IMG/VR virus record: IMGVR_UViG_3300042463_000207
Location: 3,037 to 67,036 of that record
Strand: one strand, 5' to 3'
DNA: 64,000 nt
Origin: a virus
Shown piece after piece: positions 47,101-56,541 of the stretch. The notes beneath the pieces were generated by a model. That model had not been told where the DNA came from. It did not search any database and worked only from the letters and a program-made list of their open reading frames with translations. Position 1 is the stretch's first letter. Each line of letters starts with the position of its first letter. The translations under genes were made by a program, and so were the position numbers.

Positions 47101-49767
47101 AATATCAGGAGCTGTAAATGTTCCTCCCATTTTAAATCCAACGTCATAGTTGAAACCTTCAAATATTTGATCAAGTGTATTAGTTCCACCAAATACATTA
47201 GTAATAATACTACCCTGATTAAAATATGTTTTTAATTTTTGAAAATATGATCCTGGTATTGCCACACCTGTTGGATTACCTACATCTAAGTTCTTAATTT
47301 GAGTTTGTGCAATTTGATTAGGAGCTTCATAGAAGGGATCCGTAGGATTAGTTAGAGTAACCCCAGGTCCAGTACTTACTAGATTTAAAACAGGTTGTGT
47401 AGTAAAACTAGCACCAGGTTGTCTCATTACTTTTTTACCTGTAAGTGAAACAAGTGCTTCTGCAAAACCTATTAGTAGTGCTAGGCCCATAGCAGCATCA
47501 CTTATCAACTTAAACTTAGGATGCTCATCCGGATACTTAAATGATTGAAATGAATAACCACTAAGTGCACCATATAGTTTTAGTTCAGTCCCTTCTAAGA
47601 AAGGAGTTCTAAACATTGTATCTGGAGAGTGAAAAGTATTTATTTCAATAGGTACAGTTTGACTATAACCCTGGTCTAATTTAATATATGGATCATTAAA
47701 CCGATAGTTTGCTTCTGAAGAGTTACCTGTATTCATTGGTGTTTGAATACAGTTAAAAGGATAGTTAGGATATAGTCCAGTTCTATTTCTAGCAACATCT
47801 CCTTTGATCTTATAGGTTCTCATGTTATTGAGCATACCCTTTGCCACAATTGATCTGTTACCTTCTCTTGAACCTCTTAAGATTTCATAACCTACAATAC
47901 CTGGAATATCATTACCGTCATTATCTTTTGGTAATGCTATGTTCTCAAATACTACTCCCATTAATCTGATATTCAGATTGTTAGAGTCTCCTGGTACAGA
48001 AGCTGTACTTGGTCTATAGTGTAAAGTATTAGCACTTAAATGATTATCTGGAAACTTATGGTGTCTAATATTGAGACCACAAAGATCATTAATGTAAATA
48101 GTATTTCCTTGTGGATCTATATAACTAGCATGTCCATCTGAACCAGTCCAACAGTGCTCAGTAGAATTCCATATCTCTGGTTGTCTATCTGGATATATCT
48201 CAGATGACTCCCAGTAACCCATTTCTCCAGAGGCAATTACAGTGCCACCATCATTTGTAGTTGTACCAAGAATAGATGCAACACCATTGGTATTAGCAGT
48301 ATTATACATCTCAAATAGTTGATCACTATTTGTTAAAGTATTTACATCATTAATAGTATTTGTTCTCTCATTACCTGATACTGTAGTATTTGTTCCTGTA
48401 AGGATATAACTATAATCTTGAGGAGGTCTTCCTGGAATGTGATATGATGCAGACTTGTCTCCAGTATTATATACCCAACGAATAAAGAATGCATATACTT
48501 CATCTCTTAAGTAACTACCTTTATTACCACCCTTTACATAATAGTCTGCAGGATATTCTACAGATACCCATTTAGCTCTAATTATGTTTGCTAGTGGTTG
48601 GTAGTTAAAGTCAAATCTTGTTCTTGGACCAACTCTAAGTAAGTAACTATTTACATCTGTAATCTGATCTGATGTTTCATAGATTGGATTGGTAATTGGA
48701 AGAAATTCTAGTGGGACAGTTATTAAGTCATCTTTTATTTGATCTAACTCAATAACATTAGTCTTTGTAGAGTATGTACCAATTTGTTTTGCAACAGTAC
48801 CCTGATTAATATTCTGTACAACTACTAATACAAACTCATCAAAGTTTTCTTGATCTGCTTCTACATTAATTGTAATAGCTCCTTGTAGATCATCAGGAAA
48901 ATAAATTGGTTGGGTATTACTTGGAGAAAAATAATCTGTAACTCTCTGACCCTTTATTAAATAAGCAATAACAGCAAAGTATGTTCCATTTCTAAGTGTC
49001 CCACCAGACTCACCTCTTTGAATAGAAAGACATGGTGTTTGTACAAGTCTTGCAAGTCTAATACGATCACAATCTAATTCATTAGTGTCATCACAGGTTG
49101 TACAGTTTACATTAGTGGAACAGTCTTGCACCCATGCTACACCAGGCCATAGTGTCAGATCACCTGTAGAGTTTACATACTGGTTTACTGATGTATTATA
49201 AACAGCTGGAGTAGGGTTAGTAATAGTATTAAGTAGCCACTGATAGTCATTAGATGGCCAAGTTTGTGGATCTCCTACATTTAAAAATCTATCTGGATTT
49301 AAACCATCAGCCCAATATACTTGCCATGAGCAGTCTTCTTTTTCTCTAGATGATCCTGATATAAGAAATCTCTTATCAAAACCTAAGCATTCATCTTGAA
49401 CAATAGGTCTGTAAATACATCTCTCTTCTTCTAGTAAACCAATCTCTGACATAACAGGCTTACCATTTAAAGCATGACCTGCAGAATAGATGATCCACTT
49501 ATCTGAGTAGAGATGAATTGCTCCTATTATATAAACATCTGTTACTCCATTTGCACCAGTTGTAGGCATAGTAACTCCGGCTACAGCACATAGCACATTA
49601 GATGCTTCATTTGATAGAGTACCTAAATTACCTTCTGATGTATTGTTAGTTGCATTACGGGCATGTATCCACATACCTTCTGATACAAATGAAGGATCTG
49701 AATCTTTATTAAGACCCTTTACAAATGTGTGCGTAACACTCTGAGATGTATCCTGAAGTTTTGCCAT
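44173..49767 (-). CDS. Tail stabilization / muzzle protein (crAss-type, P22 gp10-like)
   Basis: N-terminal F.KGLNKD.DP...A.N..N...G.LSNE and C-terminal WTISY....WISFHDW.P are beta-propeller-type motifs of this family. It sits after the ring proteins and before the cargo genes. Confidence 0.75.
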   Translation of the reverse strand: MAKLQDTSQSVTHTFVKGLNKDSDPSFVSEGMWIHARNATNNTSEGNLGTLSNEASNVLCAVAGVTMPTTGANGVTDVYIIGAIHLYSDKWIIYSAGHALNGKPVMSEIGLLEEERCIYRPIVQDECLGFDKRFLISGSSREKEDCSWQVYWADGLNPDRFLNVGDPQTWPSNDYQWLLNTITNPTPAVYNTSVNQYVNSTGDLTLWPGVAWVQDCSTNVNCTTCDDTNELDCDRIRLARLVQTPCLSIQRGESGGTLRNGTYFAVIAYLIKGQRVTDYFSPSNTQPIYFPDDLQGAITINVEADQENFDEFVLVVVQNINQGTVAKQIGTYSTKTNVIELDQIKDDLITVPLEFLPITNPIYETSDQITDVNSYLLRVGPRTRFDFNYQPLANIIRAKWVSVEYPADYYVKGGNKGSYLRDEVYAFFIRWVYNTGDKSASYHIPGRPPQDYSYILTGTNTTVSGNERTNTINDVNTLTNSDQLFEMYNTANTNGVASILGTTTNDGGTVIASGEMGYWESSEIYPDRQPEIWNSTEHCWTGSDGHASYIDPQGNTIYINDLCGLNIRHHKFPDNHLSANTLHYRPSTASVPGDSNNLNIRLMGVVFENIALPKDNDGNDIPGIVGYEILRGSREGNRSIVAKGMLNNMRTYKIKGDVARNRTGLYPNYPFNCIQTPMNTGNSSEANYRFNDPYIKLDQGYSQTVPIEINTFHSPDTMFRTPFLEGTELKLYGALSGYSFQSFKYPDEHPKFKLISDAAMGLALLIGFAEALVSLTGKKVMRQPGASFTTQPVLNLVSTGPGVTLTNPTDPFYEAPNQIAQTQIKNLDVGNPTGVAIPGSYFQKLKTYFNQGSIITNVFGGTNTLDQIFEGFNYDVGFKMGGTFTAPDIDVELSAATYLESSGNVSFFGAVSNVLGALNKFFYYFSEGADATLGVIYAFLPFDQYALQMISHGLYDSFLPPSFIQRSNQPYVTRLKIDDAFYIRGNIQEVPYYQSQWPAVVNNRYSINNLKRSDSVVLRTLSGPYFQPAYPNGVDLGPKFILNSSNKYYDQSLVTMSYFENNASGQGNAWGNISGPSFDDRSISTPFSLPIASHYGAIKVRKRNQYGQLESVKQIAITPCEQKLDDSYYANHIWPEQYTCSTGIQYTINKITLTPIFFGGDTFVNRYTEKNSMFFFYDWLYGQPDGFEFNYLLRQMIPEPKFWVNSTKYDVSDFSNILTQFFNGGTPPGTGWKPTQFYSMDFKGFDYRDNTAGNYPGIFRPKDCYFYLAVSSVRDFFVESEVLVDFRIQGITEAEKYYDPYGYTDLISMFNMDPQIITRGNEYRYDYSLSITKAFSQYFSAGNLQSRYYNPNIAKLCYTYFPDRIIYSLPQQQEAIKDSWFVFLVNNYKEFQSQISGVKAINKNGIVITFKNNSPLMYQGVDTLQTDLGTKITIGDGGLFSQPGQSVINADQSYEYGSSQNRLSVISTPAGIYYISQNQAKIFSLGSNLKEISQIGLKWWFNNFLPYKLTDDFPDYPYQDNPVSGIGCQSIYDNENSILYFSKRDYQLLEKWKSPNFTGTIIYVPLITSGPKKGQGDYFQIQNANGTIQPGIYQLGNPLLFEDASWTISYDPKNEFWISFHDWHPDLNMGTKDVFLTTKKNGIWKHNEGCTSFCNFYGDQYPFEIEMPIITGQTVTTVKSIEYILECYRRRPQNCIDQFHVLDYNFDKAVVYNSEQVSGYLNLNIFPKNNVTLSETYPKVNQSNLSSFDILFSKEENKYRFNQFWDITRDRSEFPIGSDYPPTGPVIPGTTVLQGNYADRNIWFTESNGYKRTLNPTNLDYNKPELQRKKFRHYLNYLTLIREDSSDTNMILKIVNSKNQISLR

Positions 49768-50846
49768 TACATGTATCTTCTATTGTAACCATTGGTACCA
49801 TTGTAACCATTATTTCTATAGTATCTATTATCTGGAGAATAACTCTCAAACATATAATAATATTTACCGTACATAGCTTTTCTATTAGCCCACCACATAT
49901 CAGCCATCTCTCTAAAGTTTGGAGTATTGACAAGACTTAATGCAGCATTTCTAGCTACTCTTACTCTCTGTTCAATAAGCTGCATTCTTTGTGCTACATC
50001 CTCTCCATTCAAATAAAGGTTTTCCATGATTCTTGCTTTTAATGCATACTCATAGTATTCATTAAGTAGATCATGATCTGGAACTAATAGGTTACCATTC
50101 TCATCCTCCATTTGACCTTGGTAGTTTAAATATACTTTACCAGTATCAAAGGTTGTGAATAAGAACCCATCTTTGATCCAACCTTCATTTGGGGTGTTCC
50201 AATAAAGATTTGGACAGTCACATTCTATATTCTGACTAGTCTTCATTCTTAATGGAAAGAGTTGTGTATAAACTCTTGTAGATCCTGGATTACTAATTAC
50301 TTGAACAAGTTCATACTTATCTCCTTTACAGTTCATAAAAACCCTTGGTCTTGTACAAACATCTCCATAAGGAGCTAAAGGATCATACTCAGTTGGAATA
50401 GGATTGGGAGCACATGTAGCAGGACATGTATTGTCTGGACATGCTGCAGTATGGTTACATGGGTTTGCATTACATGTAGCACAGTTTACTGTAATTGGTG
50501 CACATACATCTACGGTAGCTGGAGTCTCTACATATGGTACTTCTTGGATATTAGTACCACCCACCCATCCATTATAACCCACGTGTTCAGTAAAGTGACC
50601 ACAGATAAATGCAAAGTTGAATGTGTAGAAATCATCTGGTAGTTTTACTTTACCATGACACACATCAAGAATTACTTCTCTTTGTTGATTGATTCTTAAA
50701 CCAAGATCATAGTTTAATTTCTTCACCAGTTTAATTAACTGCTGTGGCTCTATCATATTTTCTAGAGCAAATGTATTTAAGTCAACTGTTACATCTTCTA
50801 ACAATTGATTAAATGTTCTGTACCGGAGTGTGTAATTAAAGTCCAT
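49767..50846 (-). CDS. Tail ring / tubular protein with Cys-rich insertion
   Basis: KLP.DF and I..G.L.T.F..G.V.LNY......G...VPD motifs of crAss ring (P22 gp4-like) proteins; immediately upstream of the muzzle gene. Confidence 0.65.
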   Translation of the reverse strand: MDFNYTLRYRTFNQLLEDVTVDLNTFALENMIEPQQLIKLVKKLNYDLGLRINQQREVILDVCHGKVKLPDDFYTFNFAFICGHFTEHVGYNGWVGGTNIQEVPYVETPATVDVCAPITVNCATCNANPCNHTAACPDNTCPATCAPNPIPTEYDPLAPYGDVCTRPRVFMNCKGDKYELVQVISNPGSTRVYTQLFPLRMKTSQNIECDCPNLYWNTPNEGWIKDGFLFTTFDTGKVYLNYQGQMEDENGNLLVPDHDLLNEYYEYALKARIMENLYLNGEDVAQRMQLIEQRVRVARNAALSLVNTPNFREMADMWWANRKAMYGKYYYMFESYSPDNRYYRNNGYNGTNGYNRRYM

Positions 50847-51508
50847 TATCTAAGAGTGTTTTGGCTATCATCTATATTATCTGAAGGAGCCTGTAATGAT
50901 ATGGTTAATTCTTTAACAGTATACTGTTCAATTTCAGAGAACAGATATTCTGGAAATGGTAATGGTTGATCTTGTCTTATAAGACAATCATCTGTAGTAC
51001 ATGTGTCTGCTTGACCTTCAAAGATTGCTTCTATTCTAACAGCATCCCAATCTACATTAGGAAAGTATACATAACCATTTAAGTACCAAAAATAAATACT
51101 TCTATTGTACTTAAAGGTTGTAGTTTTAGTCATAGAAACCCAAGTACCAGGATCTGTACGGAATAACTCTATTGTACCATCTATTGAAGATACAGTACGT
51201 ATAATTGGACCAAATACACCATTTAAAATAGTTGGTAGTTTTTCTTTTGATCTTTTAAAATAACAACCTGAGTAAACACCAATACATCCAGCTTCCACCT
51301 TGTCTACATCAATGAGTTCAACATAAGGCAGTACTTGGAAGATAGAACTAATTTTCATCAGCCTGAACTGATTGTCTTCTCTCTTAAGCAATGTTTGCCC
51401 ATACTTAGTCAGTAGAAAGTATATGTTTCTATCAGTTAAGAAAGCATCTTCCTTTACTGCTTTGAGTGTATTTCTAACTCTTGAGATTGCTTCTCCAATT
51501 GTGGTCAT
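50846..51508 (-). CDS. Tail ring protein
   Basis: 220 aa with D...DR.I...Q.L..VEL..VD...C......RS..KLP...YF.Y.NGY.Y pattern; lies between the IHF-like and ring genes as in crAss-like synteny. Confidence 0.6.
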   Translation of the reverse strand: MTTIGEAISRVRNTLKAVKEDAFLTDRNIYFLLTKYGQTLLKREDNQFRLMKISSIFQVLPYVELIDVDKVEAGCIGVYSGCYFKRSKEKLPTILNGVFGPIIRTVSSIDGTIELFRTDPGTWVSMTKTTTFKYNRSIYFWYLNGYVYFPNVDWDAVRIEAIFEGQADTCTTDDCLIRQDQPLPFPEYLFSEIEQYTVKELTISLQAPSDNIDDSQNTLR

Positions 51509-52086
51509 AGATCAAATTCATTATAGTCTTTTAAACCATCTTGTTGCTGCTTTAAAAGAACACTTTTATAATACTGTTTTCTATTCTCTAGTCTTAGTTT
51601 TTTTGTAGGATCAACTACAATATAAGTATTCCAGTTTTCAGGATAGGATTTAGCAACAGATCTTTTAAAGTCTCTATTGGCCACAAACTTCCACAACTCT
51701 CTATTCTTCATCTTGTGTTTAATTGCAAAACTGGTAAAGAATATCTTAGCTAGTTTACCATCTGTTTCCCAATTCTTGTTTGTAACTTTTACACCATATT
51801 TCTTGGACTTGGCATAATCAATATTTTCTTTCCTACTATTGTCACACGAACCAATAAAAAGCCAACCTACAGAGTTTGGTAATTGCATACCATCTCTTGT
51901 ATCTATTACTTTTGTCCAAACACTTTTATTAAAAGATCTAATAATCTTTCTTAGTGTGTCATTATCCACATCCTTGTATCTGGGATACTTTTTTCTAAAA
52001 CTATCAAAGAACTCTTTGTTCAACATAGTATGGACTTTAGGTCTGTATCTTGGGCCTGTCAAATCCGGGCTCTTAAATTCCTTCAT
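51505..52086 (-). CDS. IHF/HU-like basic protein of crAss-like tail module
   Basis: Basic 193-aa protein with II..FN......G..LP..G.L.I...ID...K.G...N..TDG...F...R.FKR pattern; position matches the IHF-like gene of crAss-like phages. Confidence 0.6.
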   Translation of the reverse strand: MKEFKSPDLTGPRYRPKVHTMLNKEFFDSFRKKYPRYKDVDNDTLRKIIRSFNKSVWTKVIDTRDGMQLPNSVGWLFIGSCDNSRKENIDYAKSKKYGVKVTNKNWETDGKLAKIFFTSFAIKHKMKNRELWKFVANRDFKRSVAKSYPENWNTYIVVDPTKKLRLENRKQYYKSVLLKQQQDGLKDYNEFDL

Positions 52087-52097
52087 ACCATATAGAT

Positions 52098-52108
52098 TAA
52101 TATACTAA
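52098..52108 (-). promoter_or_regulatory. Putative late promoter TTAGTATATTA
   Basis: The identical 11-mer occurs at 54428-54438. It lies just downstream of a terminator and upstream of the IHF-like gene. Confidence 0.5.
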
Positions 52109-52136
52109 AAATTATGCACTTTAGCAAATATAAGCA

Positions 52137-52170
52137 TAAAACAAAACCCCCGCTAGTGCGAGGGCTTTGC
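52137..52170 (-). terminator. Intrinsic terminator
   Basis: Minus strand CAAAGCCCTCGC-ACTA-GCGGGGGTTTTG stem-loop followed by TTTT. Confidence 0.75.
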
Positions 52171-52203
52171 CTTGTTGTCACAGAAACCAACAACTGTAAC
52201 TTC

Positions 52204-52749
52204 TTAGAATATTAATACGGCTCTTAACCTTGTTGTTGTACCCATAGGTCTTACAATACCAATAGTAATTAAACCTGTTGTATCATTTACAGATACACCA
52301 TAGAATTCTGTTGGAGATTCATATGGTTGAAGGAGTTTCCAAACACCTGCAGAAAGATACCAAAGACTAATAACAAAATCTGAAGGTTCAGAACCACTTA
52401 AACTACATAGAGATGGTGTAATACCGCATGCTGCTAATTCAGCTTGTGTAATTGTAAGTGTTGTATTATCAAAGTTTGTATTAATCTCTTTTACATATCT
52501 TAACTTCTGTTGAGTAAGTTCTTGACAGAAGTATGTAGTAATTTCATTTAGAGCAACTGCTACATTAGTATCTGATGTTACTACTGTATCATCACCACAT
52601 TCAATATCTGCACCGGTGTATATAATACACTGTGCATCAAAGACCTCAGAACACGGTTCTGGATCTGGGCATCCGGCTGGAGTTGGGCATGGTGGAAGAG
52701 TTACTAGTGCATCATCACACCCACAATTTTGACATTTATTTAGTGACAT
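52204..52749 (-). CDS. Cys-rich putative tail/fibre-associated protein (181 aa)
   Basis: CQNCGC...CPTPAGCPDPEPCSE...QCIIYTG.DI.C. It shares the C(V/I)I(W/Y).G.DI.C motif with the upstream 553-aa protein. Confidence 0.55.
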   Translation of the reverse strand: MSLNKCQNCGCDDALVTLPPCPTPAGCPDPEPCSEVFDAQCIIYTGADIECGDDTVVTSDTNVAVALNEITTYFCQELTQQKLRYVKEINTNFDNTTLTITQAELAACGITPSLCSLSGSEPSDFVISLWYLSAGVWKLLQPYESPTEFYGVSVNDTTGLITIGIVRPMGTTTRLRAVLIF

Positions 52750-52760
52750 ATCTTATATTA

Positions 52761-54422
52761 TTATGGACATACAATTGATAAGCCCGTTTCAGTATTACAT
52801 GGATCTAGATATGCAATCATACCATCTAGACTAAGTTCAAAACCACCAATCTGATCTGGTTGAGCAGCATCACAACTAAAGTTCCAAGTATTATTAAATG
52901 TATTAGATACTAACGGAAAGTTTGCATTAGATGGTGCATTATGAATATCAGAAGCTGCTGCAATATAATTTGGTAAATATTCACCAGATCTAATGTTAGA
53001 TGTTATAAATCTAAATGGACTATTACCTACTGCAGAAGTTCCTATTGTTGTTTCTTCAATATCTAATAGAGTTTGGATTTGGAGTTGTTTAGTAGATGTA
53101 ATAAATATATTTACAATACTAGTTAAAGCTGTACCAGTAGACCCTCCTACATTAATTTGTCTTGCAATTGGTTGCCATCCTGATCTATACAGTCCATCAA
53201 AGTTACCAGCAGTAATTGAAGTTGGTACCACTGAAGCACCATTATTAAAAGTAATTGAACCACTAGCATTGATTGAACATCCACCAACACCACTCCATGT
53301 AGTACATCCTTGAATTGAATTATATGCATTCAATGAAGTAAAAGGAATAACAGATCCTGGAGATGCTGGATTTTCTAAAGGAATATACACATTACCTCTA
53401 AAATGAACTTGATTACCAATTCTTCTACACTGTGGTTTTGTTACTCCAGAGTAATAAGCAAAACCATTAAGATCTACCCAACCAGTATCTGTAATATTTG
53501 CTGTAATTACATTACCTGTGTTATCTAAATTTACAGTAGCGGTGTCAGCTACTGTAATTGAGAATGTACTTACATAATTATATACATCACAGATTGCAAT
53601 CCATAAGTTATTAATTGCCTCTGCTGCTGTATTTAAATTAGCTGATGTTACCCATGTACCTGCATATGCTACAGAAAATGCTGTACCAAATACAAGTGAT
53701 GTATCTGCATCAGTAATACATTGAGATAATACTGCTGCAGTTATTGCAGATGCTTCTCCCGTTGCTGCTTTTAATGCACAGTAACCATAAGTATTATCAT
53801 TAAGTAATGCATTTAAAACTGTATCAATAGGATAGTTACCTGGAGATACAACTGTTCCACTTAATGTACAATCTACCGGAATAGAAGGTAATGTAAATGT
53901 AGGAACTGGTGCAGACTCTAAAGCTGTAACTCTAAGATCTAAACTTGTTATACTAGCTTGAATAGTTGCAATTTCTGTTACAAGGGAACAAACTTTAATA
54001 CCGATTGCTTGAGCATATTGAGAAACAGTCATTACTGTTACACCACCTACTACAAAACATGGTGCAACTGTAACTAATGTATCAGCACCTGTAGATTTAG
54101 TTGTATTTACAATAGGACTTGTTGATGGATCTGCAATAGTATTTATTTCAGTTTGTAGTGCACAAATTCTTTCAATTAAAAACTGAATAAGTGCTGTAAA
54201 ATCATTTGGTGCACAGGCAGTTAAATTGAAACATGACAAATCATAATTTGTTACATTCAAGATATCTAGAACAGTACATAGTTCTGCAGCAAGCTTAGCT
54301 ACTACATCAGATACTGTATCACCCGCACATAGTTTAATGCACGGAATATCAGGACCCTGCCAAATAACACAGTTAGATGAAATTGGGCTGCAAGGTTTGT
54401 TATCTAGATTCAAAGGTTTCAT
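52761..54422 (-). CDS. Putative tail fibre/spike protein (553 aa), Cys-rich N-terminus
   Basis: CSPISSNCVIWQGPDIPC N-terminus, short coiled coils, and a DTGWVDL...RRIGNQVHFRG motif typical of phage fibre/receptor-binding C-terminal domains. Confidence 0.6.
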   Translation of the reverse strand: MKPLNLDNKPCSPISSNCVIWQGPDIPCIKLCAGDTVSDVVAKLAAELCTVLDILNVTNYDLSCFNLTACAPNDFTALIQFLIERICALQTEINTIADPSTSPIVNTTKSTGADTLVTVAPCFVVGGVTVMTVSQYAQAIGIKVCSLVTEIATIQASITSLDLRVTALESAPVPTFTLPSIPVDCTLSGTVVSPGNYPIDTVLNALLNDNTYGYCALKAATGEASAITAAVLSQCITDADTSLVFGTAFSVAYAGTWVTSANLNTAAEAINNLWIAICDVYNYVSTFSITVADTATVNLDNTGNVITANITDTGWVDLNGFAYYSGVTKPQCRRIGNQVHFRGNVYIPLENPASPGSVIPFTSLNAYNSIQGCTTWSGVGGCSINASGSITFNNGASVVPTSITAGNFDGLYRSGWQPIARQINVGGSTGTALTSIVNIFITSTKQLQIQTLLDIEETTIGTSAVGNSPFRFITSNIRSGEYLPNYIAAASDIHNAPSNANFPLVSNTFNNTWNFSCDAAQPDQIGGFELSLDGMIAYLDPCNTETGLSIVCP

Positions 54423-54427
54423 ATCTA

Positions 54428-54438
54428 TAATATACTAA
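54428..54438 (-). promoter_or_regulatory. Putative late promoter TTAGTATATTA
   Basis: Exact copy of the motif at 52098-52108, within a 19-bp intergenic gap. Confidence 0.45.
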
Positions 54439-54441
54439 TTA

Positions 54442-56331
54442 TTAATGAGAATTACAAGTTCTAAGTGTTGTTCCACAGCTACATCCACATGTTGAAGGTG
54501 GGCAGTCACATGTGTTTACTTCACACATATATTCTGGATCTCTTAGAGCTTCTAAATCTATAAGTTCTTTTTTAATTAACCACTTGTTATCTTCTTCAGG
54601 ACAACAGTTACTAATGCCATATCTTAATTCAAGTACAGATTTGTATAATACTTCTGCAGACTTACAAGTTATCTTTTCATATTTTTCTGTACTACAGATT
54701 GGTGTTACATATCCTGGTTCAACATTTCTCTTTGGATAGATTTGAGGAGGACATACACCATTAGTACAATTACCAAATGTTTCAACATAATCTGTTGCAA
54801 AAGAAGTAAGAAGTAACTTCATGCAAATTCTATCAGATCTTTCTCCTGAAAGAAGTGATATAGTTTGTACTACACCATTGCAATCTACATAATCATAGTT
54901 ATGAGCTACTGCATCATGATTTTTAATTCTTTTACAAACACATGGAAAACTATTAAGACATTCTAAACATGAACTATATTCATTTAGTATATCTCCAAGA
55001 ACTCCAGATCCTGTACTTGTTTGAGAAACAGAAACTGTCCAGCAAGTAGTAGGACACCATTCAAGAATGATAGTACTTCCTACATAATCAGAAAGATCTG
55101 TTGATGTAATTATAGGGGCTTCTGTATCTGTACAATCTGTAAGTTGATAATAAGTAGTCTTACATGCTTCACAATCTGTAAATTCCTGAGCTACAGTTAC
55201 ATCTACATCTGATGGAATTGGATTTGGATAGACATCTACAATCCAACAACCTGGACAATCTGGACTGAGTTCTACTACTTGACCTACATATCCACTAAGA
55301 TCATTTGAAGTATAAATAGTAGTACCCAAATCATCACAGTTTGTAAGTGTGTAATTTGGACCTGCTGTACATGTAGCACAATCTGCAAATGCTTGAGTTA
55401 CAACAACATCAATTGCACAGTCACAATCTACAACATCATTTACAGTCCAACAGTTAGTATAACCATCTATAATTACTACTTGACCTAATGTGGCAAATGG
55501 TGATAATGATTGAGCTGTTGTATAAATAGGATCTTCTATACCAGCACAGTCTACAAGTTCATAACATTCTGTAGGACATAAACCATCTATACAATCACCA
55601 TGATTTATAATTGTAAGATTTGGTCCAGCAGCTGGAGTTGTAAATGGATATACTTTAGAACAATCTTTCCAATAACCATTTACAAATGTGCTTACTGGAT
55701 TGCCATCACAGTCAACATAATCTAGTTTTGCTGTACCAATTATTTCATAACACTCACATGCACATGGACATGGTATATCTCCATCTACAACTACAGTAAT
55801 TGCATTATCACAATCCGGAGCAAGAGTTACCATGTAACAATCAAACCCAAGATCTGCATCTACTTGTATTGATGCACTACCACCAACATATGCTGATAAA
55901 TCTGTATTAGTAGTAAGTGGTGGAACACTACCATCACATGAGTATATAGTATAACACTGAGCTACACAATCTGGACAAAATCCAGGTTCTTCATCACCAC
56001 ATGGTGTTTCATATGTAGTAGTACTATCCCAAATATAGTTACCTCCAAAATTAGTGGGTACTATTTGTAAGTTTCCATAATTAGACCCATTAATTGGATT
56101 TCCTGGAGCTGAAGCATCACCTCTAAATATTCTATAACATTGATTTGTTAAAGGGACATAAGTATCAGTTAATGGATCATAACCAATTGCTGGAGGACCA
56201 TTGTATATATTAATACCTAAGTTAGGTTGTACAGTTGTACCATTAAAACTAAAGTACACCGTATTTCCTCCACAGCAGGGTTCAAAACCAAAGTATGATG
56301 CAGAGAGTCCAGGAGGAGGAAATTTTGTCAT
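54442..56331 (-). CDS. Very Cys-rich repeat protein (629 aa), putative virion surface/fibre-associated protein
   Basis: Four copies of Y.L..C....I.T..DLS.YVG....C(W/Y).V and two copies of DYVDC.G...C...G.C..G.CP. Confidence 0.6.
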   Translation of the reverse strand: MTKFPPPGLSASYFGFEPCCGGNTVYFSFNGTTVQPNLGINIYNGPPAIGYDPLTDTYVPLTNQCYRIFRGDASAPGNPINGSNYGNLQIVPTNFGGNYIWDSTTTYETPCGDEEPGFCPDCVAQCYTIYSCDGSVPPLTTNTDLSAYVGGSASIQVDADLGFDCYMVTLAPDCDNAITVVVDGDIPCPCACECYEIIGTAKLDYVDCDGNPVSTFVNGYWKDCSKVYPFTTPAAGPNLTIINHGDCIDGLCPTECYELVDCAGIEDPIYTTAQSLSPFATLGQVVIIDGYTNCWTVNDVVDCDCAIDVVVTQAFADCATCTAGPNYTLTNCDDLGTTIYTSNDLSGYVGQVVELSPDCPGCWIVDVYPNPIPSDVDVTVAQEFTDCEACKTTYYQLTDCTDTEAPIITSTDLSDYVGSTIILEWCPTTCWTVSVSQTSTGSGVLGDILNEYSSCLECLNSFPCVCKRIKNHDAVAHNYDYVDCNGVVQTISLLSGERSDRICMKLLLTSFATDYVETFGNCTNGVCPPQIYPKRNVEPGYVTPICSTEKYEKITCKSAEVLYKSVLELRYGISNCCPEEDNKWLIKKELIDLEALRDPEYMCEVNTCDCPPSTCGCSCGTTLRTCNSH

Positions 56332-56334
56332 AGT

Positions 56335-56520
56335 TTATTTATTATATCTATCTTTTCCCCAGACTTGATTTGTCTGAGATACTGTTGCCATTGTTTGTCT
56401 TTGTTTTAATTGTTCTTCGTATGTATTAGCACACTTAGAACATACAGTTTTGCCATCTGATGCTTGTCTCTTCTGACACCCGCATGACATTTTGTTTCTA
56501 CAGTTTGGACATGTTGCCAT
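56335..56520 (-). CDS. Small Cys-rich (Zn-finger-like) protein, 61 aa
   Basis: CPNC..SCGC...VCSKC; tightly packed between neighbours with an A-rich leader. Confidence 0.6.
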   Translation of the reverse strand: MATCPNCRNKMSCGCQKRQASDGKTVCSKCANTYEEQLKQRQTMATVSQTNQVWGKDRYNK

Positions 56521-56541
56521 ATTTTGTTGGTTTTAAAATTG

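Noticed and set aside
49783-49812. 9-bp periodic repeat (TTGTAACCA/TTGGTACCA) and overlapping ORFs 49709-49933 and 49746-49940
   Set aside because: The repeat encodes the NGYNGTNGYN tail of the ring protein, and the overlapping ORFs are by-products of it.
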